Part shown: piece after piece, positions 27,767 to 35,239 of the stretch | Layout: every line of letters begins with the position of its first letter | Position numbering within the stretch: the first letter of the stretch is position 1 | Assembly (NCBI GenBank): GCA_964448015.1 | Contig: CAYUUV010000003.1 | Location: forward strand, 1 to 42,231 | DNA: 42,231 nt | Direction: 5' to 3' | Origin: an uncultured Candidatus Saccharibacteria bacterium | GTDB taxonomy: Bacteria; Patescibacteriota; Saccharimonadia; Saccharimonadales; UBA7683 | Notes under the pieces: generated by a model | The model's database searches: none | Told to the model about the DNA's origin: nothing | The model's input: only the letters and a program-made list of their open reading frames with translations | Program-made: the position numbers and the translations under genes

Positions 27767-28699
27767 CTACTGACCTTGCGTTATCTCTTCTAGGATTTGT
27801 GCCATTCGTTCTTCCGCACGAGCAACATCATCAACATCAGGACCAAAAGTAGGTTGATGAGTCAGAGGCTCTTGGGGGATTTCTATCGCTACTCTTACAG
27901 GCTCTTCGTCTTCCGTACCTTGTTTGAAAACTTCAAATTGCCAAGTCTGAGGCATTTTACTATGCGTAGGCAATGATGCTACCACTCTGTAGCCGCCCCG
28001 CTCCACGCTTCCATGTGCTTCCCACGTTGGCGGTGCTGGCTCAAAGTATGGCTGAACTACTGCACCTTCAAGTCGTATCTTTTTGTCGGCTATCATTTTG
28101 TCGGCAGTTTCCCACACACTCTTCATTGGCAAATTTGCGATTGAAGCTACCGTCTGCAAGTAGTAATAACCGCCCCAAAAACCTGCTCCACTAGTTCCTT
28201 CAAGGAACTCTTCTGCTTTGGCTTTTTCCATAAGGTCAAGAATGATTGCTTCAAGCTCTTCGGTACCGGGGTGTCCCCACTGACCAAACATATCTCTCGC
28301 TTTATATTCTTCACGCAATTCCAGATGTCGTAGATGGATTGCTGCTTCCTTTTTAATACAACTATCTTCACCCATAAGCCCTACTGGACGCCCGTCTTCT
28401 TCTATTCGCCAGCCTGTGCCTTCTGTGAACTTACAAGCACAGTGTAGCTCGTGCCCAGAATAGGGTTGGCCTTCTTTGCCTTTACCCGTGATATCGTCAA
28501 TAACTTCGCCTTCGTACCTTAGCCAAGCGACCTCGTGTCCATCAACCATAATAGAACGCTCTACTTCATAACGTGGGTTTTCGCCATACACTTCATAGTA
28601 GCGGGGTAGTAAGCTGCCAATTAGCTGAGGTGCTGGCTGTTGCTCAGATCCTGGTTCTCTCTCAAAATTTCCATCAGTCATACGAATATCATGAAGCAT
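27767..28699 (-). CDS. Hypothetical acidic cytoplasmic protein (no recognisable domain)
   Basis: The long 310-aa ORF has no competing ORF. It has no TM helix and no signal peptide. It lies between the nuclease-like gene and tRNA-Pro. Confidence 0.65.
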   Translation of the reverse strand: MLHDIRMTDGNFEREPGSEQQPAPQLIGSLLPRYYEVYGENPRYEVERSIMVDGHEVAWLRYEGEVIDDITGKGKEGQPYSGHELHCACKFTEGTGWRIEEDGRPVGLMGEDSCIKKEAAIHLRHLELREEYKARDMFGQWGHPGTEELEAIILDLMEKAKAEEFLEGTSGAGFWGGYYYLQTVASIANLPMKSVWETADKMIADKKIRLEGAVVQPYFEPAPPTWEAHGSVERGGYRVVASLPTHSKMPQTWQFEVFKQGTEDEEPVRVAIEIPQEPLTHQPTFGPDVDDVARAEERMAQILEEITQGQ

Positions 28700-28766
28700 T
28701 TATTTAGCCGTTGCAAGCATAAACAAAATAGGGTATAGCAGCATGTCGCACAGTTAACATTTGGTG

Positions 28767-28797
28767 AAATAAAAACACCCCTGTAAAACAGAGGTGG
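28767..28797 (-). terminator. Rho-independent terminator downstream of tRNA-Pro
   Basis: The minus strand reads CACCTCTG-TTTTA-CAGGGGTG followed by TTTTTATTT, with one G-U pair in the stem. Confidence 0.7.
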
Positions 28798-28804
28798 AAT
28801 ATAC

Positions 28805-28881
28805 TGGTCGGGGTGAGAGGACTTGAACCTCCGACCTCACGGTCCCAAACCGCGCGCGCTAGCCAACTGCGCCACACCCCG
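28805..28881 (-). tRNA. tRNA-Pro (anticodon UGG), CCA encoded
   Basis: Manual cloverleaf: acceptor stem CGGGGTG/CACCCCG, D arm GCGC-AGTTGGCTA-GCGC, anticodon loop TTTGGGA and T arm GGAGG-TTCAAGT-CCTCT. Length is 77 nt. Confidence 0.9.
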
Positions 28882-29036
28882 AAGTGTGTCATTTTTATGA
28901 GGAAGACTCCTAAAAACAAACGCTATTATAGCGTAGAGTTGGTGAAAAATCTACCACTACGCGCCGTGGGTTGCCATAATGTTTATGGTAGCTTATACTT
29001 AAGCGTAATCTTAATGAATTAAAACGAGAAACATGC

Positions 29037-29246
29037 ATGTTCAACAATAAAGCCCTGCAAGATCTGATGCAAAAAGAAATGAATCGTAAACAATTTTTGC
29101 AAATTGTTGGCGCAGGGATTCTTGGCCTTGTCGGCTTCACAGCTTTTATTAATAATTTAGATAAGTTTGCTCAAAAAAACACCGCCCAAATTAAGACAGG
29201 TCAAAAATCTCAAAAAGGGTATGGCGCAAGCGCATACGGCCGTTAG
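29037..29246 (+). CDS. Small protein with twin-arginine-like (RK) signal sequence
   Basis: NRKQFLQIVGAGILGLVGFTAF resembles the S/T-R-R-x-F-L-K motif plus its h-region. The gene lies immediately upstream of tatA and tatC. Confidence 0.5.
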   Translation: MFNNKALQDLMQKEMNRKQFLQIVGAGILGLVGFTAFINNLDKFAQKNTAQIKTGQKSQKGYGASAYGR

Positions 29247-29327
29247 TGCGGTGCAGGAAATCTGTTGCGAAACGGCAGTCGCTCGGTTACAATAAGAGCA
29301 GTATAAATTATGTGGAGGAGTTATAGT

Positions 29328-29519
29328 ATGCTTGGTCTCGGAACAACAGAGTTAATTGTTATATTGCTTATCTTATTGCTATTATTTGGGGCTGCAAGGC
29401 TACCGAAGCTTGCAAAGAGCATTGGTGAATCTGCGACTGAACTGAAAAAAGGGTTTGAAGGTGGTGTAGCTGATGATAAAAAAGCCGACTCAAAGTCACA
29501 GAAAAACAGTCGCAGCTAA
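29328..29519 (+). CDS. tatA: Twin-arginine translocase subunit TatA/E
   Basis: The N-terminus is MLGLGTTELIVILLILLLLFGAARLPKLAKSIGES. A GGAGGAG RBS lies 8 nt upstream of the ATG at 29328. Confidence 0.9.
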   Translation: MLGLGTTELIVILLILLLLFGAARLPKLAKSIGESATELKKGFEGGVADDKKADSKSQKNSRS

Positions 29520-29568
29520 TCTTGTAGACACGCAGTTTTCAACCAAGGTAGACGGTGAGAAGTCGTTT

Positions 29569-30498
29569 ATGGATCACATCAGTGAACTGAAACGGCGTAT
29601 CTTATGGTCGGTGGTGGCGATGCTTGGTTTTAGTCTTGTGGCGTACCTCTTTAACGAGCAGCTCATGGCGATTATTCAGCGACCGTTTGGTAAAACATTG
29701 TATTTTACCTCTCCGGTGGGCGGTTTAAATTTCCTCATCAAGCTCTGTATTACTTTTGCGGTTGTAGCCGCCTTGCCATTTTTTCTCTATCAAATTGCTA
29801 AATTTTTCGCGCCCATACTAGAAAGTGTACACAAAAGGGCCTTGGTGCCGTATCTCATTTTTTCAATTGTGTTGGCGTATGGCGGCGTCGCGTTTGCGTA
29901 CTATATCAGTTTACCGAACGCACTTCACTTTTTAACTAGTTTTAGTAACGAAAACATCAGTGCGCTCATTACTGCGAATGAATATTATGATTTTGTATTG
30001 GCGTATCTGCTCGGTTTCGCGATACTGTTTCAGATTCCGCTCGTTGTTCTGTTTGTGAATCGAATTAAGCCGCTGACTCCAGGTGGTATGATGCGAGCCC
30101 AACGCTATATTATTCTCGTTAGTTTTGTTGTAGCTGCGATCTTGACGCCAACTCCAGATCCGGTGAACCAAACTATTATGGCCATGCCAGCCGTACTTTT
30201 GTATCAAATCAGCATCTTTTTAGTGTGGCGAACTAATAAAAACCGTGCCTTTGTCACCGAAGTCTTTTTTGAAGATATACCAGAGGAGGTTGTACAGGAG
30301 GCGTTTATTCCTGTCGAGTTGCCGGTAGTGGCTATAGAGCCAGAGGCCCCGCGTCCGGTTAGGGAACTGGCTCCGCGAAGGGTGGTTAACGAGTTCCTGT
30401 CGCGGCCGCTACCCAAAAGGCAGCTTCCAGTCCGCAGGGTGCCGAGTCAACAGATGGGGCAATTTATGGATGTTATCGGCGTACGTGCCGTAGCGTAG
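29569..30498 (+). CDS. tatC: Twin-arginine translocase subunit TatC with long Pro/Arg-rich C-terminal extension
   Basis: The N-terminus is MDHISELKRRILWSVV, followed by six TM helices and LTPTPDP. After the last TM helix there are about 90 further residues (EVFFEDIPEE...PRPVRELAPRR...). Confidence 0.9.
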   Translation: MDHISELKRRILWSVVAMLGFSLVAYLFNEQLMAIIQRPFGKTLYFTSPVGGLNFLIKLCITFAVVAALPFFLYQIAKFFAPILESVHKRALVPYLIFSIVLAYGGVAFAYYISLPNALHFLTSFSNENISALITANEYYDFVLAYLLGFAILFQIPLVVLFVNRIKPLTPGGMMRAQRYIILVSFVVAAILTPTPDPVNQTIMAMPAVLLYQISIFLVWRTNKNRAFVTEVFFEDIPEEVVQEAFIPVELPVVAIEPEAPRPVRELAPRRVVNEFLSRPLPKRQLPVRRVPSQQMGQFMDVIGVRAVA

Positions 30499-30537
30499 CC
30501 AGTGGTATTTTCAGACCATACTTTTTCAGACCCGACT

Positions 30538-30567
30538 TTGCTTCGTCGCTATTTAATCTGTTACAAT
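30538..30567 (+). promoter_or_regulatory. Candidate extended -10 promoter inside the 30502 ORF-track ORF
   Basis: TTGCTT, an 18-nt spacer, then TGtTACAAT (-10 at 30562-30567). The ATG at 30574 would be almost leaderless. Confidence 0.45.
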
Positions 30568-30573
30568 ACGCTT

Positions 30574-30945
30574 ATGATAATTGCAGATATGCTCGGGTGG
30601 TGGTATTCCCGCGGCTGGCTATGGATGGCTCAGCAGATATATATTGTTGAACTGGGACGTGTGTTTGAGTTCTTTTCCATTAAAGATTTACTAAAGACTT
30701 TATTTGCACCATTTCGGCAGGATGTGATAGATACCAGCCGGGCTCCGTTAGGGGTGAAGCTGCAAGTACTGGGGGGGAATCTGATCTCTCGAGTTATTGG
30801 TGCGATGATTCGTATTACTATCATTTTCATCGGTATATTCTTTGCGTTTCTTCTGGTATTTTTAGGTTTTTTGTTTCTGGTGGCTTGGCCATTTTTGCCC
30901 CTGGCACCAGTTGTAGCGGTTGTATTAATAGGCGGGTTTGTATAA
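30574..30945 (+). CDS. Membrane protein preceding the Hsp100-like ATPase
   Basis: MIIADMLGWWYSRGW... is followed by a C-terminal multi-helix hydrophobic region. The stop abuts the GTG start of the next gene. The start could also be 30589 or 30502. Confidence 0.55.
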   Translation: MIIADMLGWWYSRGWLWMAQQIYIVELGRVFEFFSIKDLLKTLFAPFRQDVIDTSRAPLGVKLQVLGGNLISRVIGAMIRITIIFIGIFFAFLLVFLGFLFLVAWPFLPLAPVVAVVLIGGFV

Positions 30946-33372
30946 GTGGAATATAATTTTTTTAACTACAATAGCTCGCGGGCGAAAAAAGCCCGTTTAA
31001 GTGTTGTTTTAGATAAAAATTGGCTCCGCTTCTTGTTGCTAACGCTGAGTACCGTATTGTTATTAGGTTGGATATTCATTGTCTTCATACAGGGTGATAC
31101 CCTCGGACATATAGTATTGGTTGGTGTGGGTTGGTTCAGTATGCCAGTCTTATGGTATCACGGTGAATTAAAGCATTTACCACCGCTGAACGTACAGAAT
31201 CAAGAAGCACCCATTGACGCGGTTCTAGAACGAAGGGCCCTCGGAAAGCTGCCCAAAAATCTGACACCGCAAGTACTGGCGGAGGTGACTATGAAGTTGC
31301 CGGGGGGTATCTTTTTTGCGAATCGCTACGGGATATCGCTTGATTTTGTCAAAACCGTACTTGGAACACAGCAGAATGATCTGGCGGCTATCTTTTCACG
31401 GGCAAAAACCTTGAGTGCTCAGGTTGACGGCAGCGGCTTGGTCACTGATACAGCGCTAGCAGCAGCCTTATTATTTGCCACTCCGGATTTTGGGTTCTAC
31501 CTTTCGCAGTTACAGCTCGACGAAGAAGATATTATTTCTGGCATTGGCTGGAGGGCACATATTGAAGGTGTTTTTAAAAATATCAAAGCCAAAAAACATA
31601 ATGGCGGTTTAGGTCGAGACTTCAGCTTTGGCTGGGCGCCGCTTCTAAATCGTGTTGGCATTAATATAACAAGTGGAATCGAACGGGGCGGTATTTTGCA
31701 CCGCAGTCTTGAAGGGCGCGAAGAGGTTCTCAAGCAAATGATGCATGTGCTTGGGCAGTCTGGCCGAAGAAACGCAACACTGGTTGGCGAGGTTGGTGTT
31801 GGTAAGACCACTCTGGTGTACGCGCTGGCACAACGAATGATAGAACAGCCAAAAGCTGTTGGTCCCGAACTTAGGTATCGCCAAATTATTGAACTCGACG
31901 CAGCTAGTTTAATTGCAAAAGCTAAGGGGCGAGGTGAGCTTGAAGGCTTGCTGATTCGTTTATTCAACGAAGCGATTCATGCCAAGAACATCATTCTTTT
32001 TCTCGACGAGGCACAATTATTTTTGCAAGATGGCACTGGTTCAATTGATCTTTCCAGCGTGCTTCTGCCAGTGCTGGAAGGCGGTGGCTTACCAGTGATC
32101 ATATCGCTAGACAATCAAGAATGGCTGAAATTAAGTCAAACTAATCCCGGCCTGACGCAACTAATGAATAGGGTGGTGGTGAGTCCGCTTGAACACGATG
32201 AAACCATAAAGGTCATGCAAGATCAGATTTTGCTGATGGAAGGTAGAAACTCAATTGTGTATATGCACCAAGCACTCGCTGAGGCGTATAAATTGGCCGA
32301 TCGTTTTATACGCGACCAGGCGTTTCCCGGCAAAGCGATTAAATTGCTGGAGTCGGCCACTGGATTTGCAGAAGACACCCACTTCATCACCGCTCGGTCA
32401 ATTCAACAGGCTGTTGAAAGAAGTTATGATGTTAAAGTACAGACTGCCTCTAGCAGTGAAGAGCGAGATACACTTTTGAATCTTGAAGGTAAAATTCACG
32501 AGCGGATGATTAATCAAACACGGGCTGTTCAAGTGGTAAGCGATGCGCTCAGGCGCGCTCGTGCCGGCGTGCGCAATCAAGAAAAACCAATCGGTACCTT
32601 TTTGTTTTTGGGGCCAACTGGTGTTGGTAAAACTGAACTGAGCAAGGCGCTAGCGGATGTCTACTTTGGCGGCGAAGATCGATTAATCCGCGTCGATCTC
32701 AATGAATATTCAGAAAGTTCAGATGTTGCACGCCTACTTGAGATTGGTTCGCAAAATACCAATAGCCTTACCGCACAAATTGCAAAGCAGCCGTTTTCTG
32801 TAGTTTTACTTGATGAAATTGAAAAAGCACATCCTAACGTGCTGAATGTATTGCTGCAGTTGCTTGATGAAGGGATGCTTCGGGACAGTCAAAATAAACC
32901 GGTAAGTTTCCGGGATGCAATTGTAATTGCCACCAGTAATGCTGGTGCTGATAGAATTCGTCAGCACATTGAAGCGGGCGAAAGTTTAGAGCAGTTTGAA
33001 GACCAATTTATAGACGAGTTAATTAACGCGAACCTTTTCCGCCCAGAGTTCATTAACCGTTTTGATGAGATTGTATTGTTCCGGCCGCTGACTGTTGAAG
33101 AATTAACGCAGGTTGTTGATCTCATTGTCGCCAGTATTAATAAAACACTTGGTGCGCAAAAAGTTGCAGTAGCGTTAACGCCTCAAGCAAAACTGTTTTT
33201 GGCGCAAGCGGGCTACGATCCACGCCTCGGCGCCCGACCGCTTCGCCGCGTGACTCAACGCTCAATCGAAAACATCATGGCTCAAAAACTCCTTGCCGGT
33301 CAAATTATGCCCGGTGCCACCATAGAACTCGATGCTCCCGAGTTACAAGCCGCGTTGACCCAGCGAAGCTAG
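30946..33372 (+). CDS. Membrane-anchored double-AAA+ Clp/Hsp100-family ATPase
   Basis: D1 has Walker A GEVGVGKTT and Walker B IILFLDEAQ. D2 has Walker A GPTGVGKTE and Walker B VVLLDEIEKAHP. RPEFINRFDEIVLF and the ClpB_D2-small-like end (GARPLRR) are present. Two N-terminal hydrophobic helices are predicted (aa ~25-70). Confidence 0.9.
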   Translation: MEYNFFNYNSSRAKKARLSVVLDKNWLRFLLLTLSTVLLLGWIFIVFIQGDTLGHIVLVGVGWFSMPVLWYHGELKHLPPLNVQNQEAPIDAVLERRALGKLPKNLTPQVLAEVTMKLPGGIFFANRYGISLDFVKTVLGTQQNDLAAIFSRAKTLSAQVDGSGLVTDTALAAALLFATPDFGFYLSQLQLDEEDIISGIGWRAHIEGVFKNIKAKKHNGGLGRDFSFGWAPLLNRVGINITSGIERGGILHRSLEGREEVLKQMMHVLGQSGRRNATLVGEVGVGKTTLVYALAQRMIEQPKAVGPELRYRQIIELDAASLIAKAKGRGELEGLLIRLFNEAIHAKNIILFLDEAQLFLQDGTGSIDLSSVLLPVLEGGGLPVIISLDNQEWLKLSQTNPGLTQLMNRVVVSPLEHDETIKVMQDQILLMEGRNSIVYMHQALAEAYKLADRFIRDQAFPGKAIKLLESATGFAEDTHFITARSIQQAVERSYDVKVQTASSSEERDTLLNLEGKIHERMINQTRAVQVVSDALRRARAGVRNQEKPIGTFLFLGPTGVGKTELSKALADVYFGGEDRLIRVDLNEYSESSDVARLLEIGSQNTNSLTAQIAKQPFSVVLLDEIEKAHPNVLNVLLQLLDEGMLRDSQNKPVSFRDAIVIATSNAGADRIRQHIEAGESLEQFEDQFIDELINANLFRPEFINRFDEIVLFRPLTVEELTQVVDLIVASINKTLGAQKVAVALTPQAKLFLAQAGYDPRLGARPLRRVTQRSIENIMAQKLLAGQIMPGATIELDAPELQAALTQRS

Positions 33373-33380
33373 AGATAACA

Positions 33381-33401
33381 GCAAATAGCAAATAGCAAAT
33401 A
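33381..33401. repeat. Heptamer tandem repeat (GCAAATA) x3
   Basis: Direct reading of the sequence. It starts 8 nt after the Hsp100-like gene's stop codon. Confidence 0.9.
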
Positions 33402-33427
33402 GATCTTAGAATCATAAACTAATAAGA

Positions 33428-33634
33428 TACCTGAGTCTCAAAACCCTTCTCGTTCGTCATCCCCGCGACCTGTGCCTCTAAGCCTTCCGCCATCGCTAAA
33501 GCTACGGCGGACAGGTGGCCTAGTGGTAAGGCGGGGATCCAGTACTACTAGATTCCTGCCTTACTCCTTCACCAAAGGCTATGGGATACAGGTCGCAGGA
33601 ATGACACCTTGCTTGGGGTTTTGAGATTCAGGTA
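33428..33634. repeat. ~207-nt element with nested terminal inverted repeats (MITE-like or structured RNA)
   Basis: The outer inverted repeat pairs TACCTGAGTCTCAAAACCC (33428-33446) with GGGTTTTGAGATTCAGGTA (33616-33634). The inner one pairs GTCATCCCCGCGACCTGT (33456-33473) with ACAGGTCGCAGGAATGAC (33588-33605). Further internal pairings are present. Confidence 0.6.
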
Positions 33635-33756
33635 GTAAAGTACGTACTGTTTGTATCAAAGTGTAGTAGGTCTTTAAAATTACGCGATAAGATACTAGAA
33701 TAATGGTATTGAAGGCTCGGCAGTGTTGTAACACAGGTTCAGAACCTTTCACCAAG

Positions 33757-33780
33757 AAGCTCCCTTCAGGGGAGTTTTTT
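33757..33780 (+). terminator. Rho-independent terminator with no CDS directly upstream
   Basis: The stem is AAGCTCCC/GGGAGTTT with a 5-nt loop, followed by a T6 run. It lies about 385 nt after the preceding stop codon. Confidence 0.6.
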
Positions 33781-33841
33781 AGTTGAATTATTTGGCTATA
33801 CACTTCACGATTATAAAAAATAACTTCCCTGTCTCATCTTG

Positions 33842-33948
33842 GGCGATGCCACAGTACGAAGGAAGTAAATTTTCGTGGCAGCGCCACGAGTGAGTAGAGT
33901 GAATTTTCGTGGCGACGCCACGAGATGAACGAAGTGAATTTTTCGTGG
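33842..33948. repeat. ~33-nt tandem repeat (about 3 units), each with a CGTGGC-NN-GCCACG hairpin, abutting the tRNA-Arg 3' end
   Basis: AATTTTCGTGGCAGCGCCACGAG, AATTTTCGTGGCGACGCCACGAG and AATTTTTCGTGG are present. The last of these runs into the tRNA CCA end. Confidence 0.7.
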
Positions 33949-34022
33949 TACCCCGGGTAGGACTCGAACCTACGGCCTGTGGGATAGAAGCCCATTGCTC
34001 TAATCCACTGAGCTACCGGGGC
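33946..34022 (-). tRNA. tRNA-Arg (anticodon UCU), CCA encoded
   Basis: Manual cloverleaf: acceptor stem GCCCCGG/CCGGGGT, D arm GCTC-AGTGGATTA-GAGC, anticodon loop CTTCTAT and T arm GTAGG-TTCGAGT-CCTAC. Length is 77 nt. Confidence 0.9.
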
Positions 34023-34048
34023 AAGCTCTTTTGTAGGTGACGAAAGAG

Positions 34049-34080
34049 CAATTATCAATTATCAATTATCAATTATCAAT
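34049..34080. repeat. Heptamer tandem repeat (CAATTAT) x4.6
   Basis: Direct reading of the sequence. It lies immediately upstream of tRNA-Arg on the minus strand. Confidence 0.9.
34051..34079 (-). promoter_or_regulatory. Candidate tRNA-Arg promoter formed by the heptamer array
   Basis: The minus strand reads TTGATA (34079-34074), a 17-nt spacer, then GATAAT (34056-34051). The -10 ends 28 nt before the mature tRNA 5' end. Confidence 0.5.
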
Positions 34081-34112
34081 GAGTGCTAAAAGCCCTGCTT
34101 TTCGTGTCTTCA

Positions 34113-34142
34113 ATGGTAAATGGTAAATGGTAAATGGTAAAT
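34113..34142. repeat. Heptamer tandem repeat (ATGGTAA) x4.3
   Basis: Direct reading of the sequence. It lies next to the 8-bp hairpin GCTTTTGC/GCAAAAGC (34144-34163), which follows tRNA-Gly on the minus strand. Confidence 0.9.
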
Positions 34143-34164
34143 TGCTTTTGCCCCAGCAAAAGCT

Positions 34165-34239
34165 TGGTGCGGGTGGTGAGAATCGAACTCACGTCGCTTG
34201 CTTGGAAGGCAGGCATATTAGCCACTATACGACACCCGC
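34165..34239 (-). tRNA. tRNA-Gly (anticodon UCC), CCA encoded
   Basis: Manual cloverleaf: acceptor stem GCGGGTG/CACCCGC, anticodon loop CTTCCAA (the stem has one C-A mismatch) and T arm GTGAG-TTCGATT-CTCAC. Length is 75 nt. Confidence 0.85.
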
Positions 34240-34319
34240 AATGGTAGCTAGTATATCAGATAAGAAAAAACAAAAAAATGCATAAATTCTGATTATATTT
34301 TGATATACTGTAATAACAT

Positions 34320-34961
34320 ATGCATTTTCGACATCGACATGGGACAAAACATAAAAAAGGTGCCAATCGTTATATTAGCGGTATCTTACTTGTGGTTGCC
34401 GTTGCTGGGCTGCTGGGAGGCGCATATCTGCTGGTGCTGGTGATGACTCCGAATATACCATTGTTCTTTCCGATTGAAGAAATTGATGTTAAAAAAATGA
34501 GCGCCCCCAGAGAAGACAGGCTGTACATACCAAAAATTGGCGTCAATGTGCCACTCACAACAGGAGGTGCCGAAGCACTTGAAACGGGTTCGTGGCACCG
34601 TTTTCCAGACAGGGGGGACCCTCAAAAAGGTGGTAACTTTATCGTTAGTGCCCATCGTTTCAGTTTAGGTGCAACACCGGGACAGACCAGGCAGAAATCT
34701 CCGTTTTACCATATTGACCAGCTTGCGGTCGGGGATCAGATTATCGTTGATTTTCATGGTAAAAGATATGGCTACGAAATTATAGAAGAGAAAAAGGTAA
34801 AGCCAACACAGACGGAAATTGAAGCCAAAAGCGAAACACCAAAACTCACCTTATATACCTGCACACTTAAGGGTGAATCTGATGGACGTGAAGTAATGAT
34901 TGCAAAGCCGCTTGGCGAGGTAAAAAATGGCATGGTTGAGCGTAGCTCAACAAATAGCTAA
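34320..34961 (+). CDS. Sortase-family transpeptidase
   Basis: It has an N-terminal TM anchor, a catalytic His context (FIVSAHRF) and the TLxTC motif (KLTLYTCT). Confidence 0.85.
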   Translation: MHFRHRHGTKHKKGANRYISGILLVVAVAGLLGGAYLLVLVMTPNIPLFFPIEEIDVKKMSAPREDRLYIPKIGVNVPLTTGGAEALETGSWHRFPDRGDPQKGGNFIVSAHRFSLGATPGQTRQKSPFYHIDQLAVGDQIIVDFHGKRYGYEIIEEKKVKPTQTEIEAKSETPKLTLYTCTLKGESDGREVMIAKPLGEVKNGMVERSSTNS

Positions 34962-35239
34962 GCGGCAGTATAAAACGTGACCGCCCGAATTATGAAAATA
35001 AAAAGATACTTTCATGTTCTCTCATCCTGTACCGAGTATCAATTCCTCTGGTTTGTCATTCCTAACCACGGCATGTCGCCACTATGCAATGCTGCATAGC
35101 GTTGTGGCATGCTTGATTGGGAATCTAGTTTTCTAAAGATTCATCAAGCCAATACAAAAGCTGGCTCGGGTAAAAAATTTGGTTATTGTATTTGCTTATG
35201 CTATAAAATAGAACTAATAAACTAAAAGAAAGAAGCGCT

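Noticed and set aside
28704-28919. ORFs overlapping tRNA genes: 28704-28919 and 28813-29022 at tRNA-Pro, and 33834-34058 at tRNA-Arg.
   Set aside because: They span clear cloverleaf tRNA sequences, so they are artefacts of the ORF finder.
33428-33634. Whether the inverted-repeat element is tmRNA, RNase P RNA, SRP RNA or an intron-containing tRNA.
   Set aside because: I found no AGGAAAGTCC-type P4 motif, no SRP domain-IV GGAA/AGCA signature and no tRNA-like acceptor/T-arm with a CCA end. The GTGGCCTAGTGGTAAGGC segment looks like a D-arm, but no consistent cloverleaf could be drawn around it. A 6S-like fold remains possible but unproven.
34049-34142. Possible CRISPR array, given the clustered short repeats.
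   Set aside because: The units are 7 nt long and strictly tandem with no spacers. The two arrays have different units. No cas genes are present.
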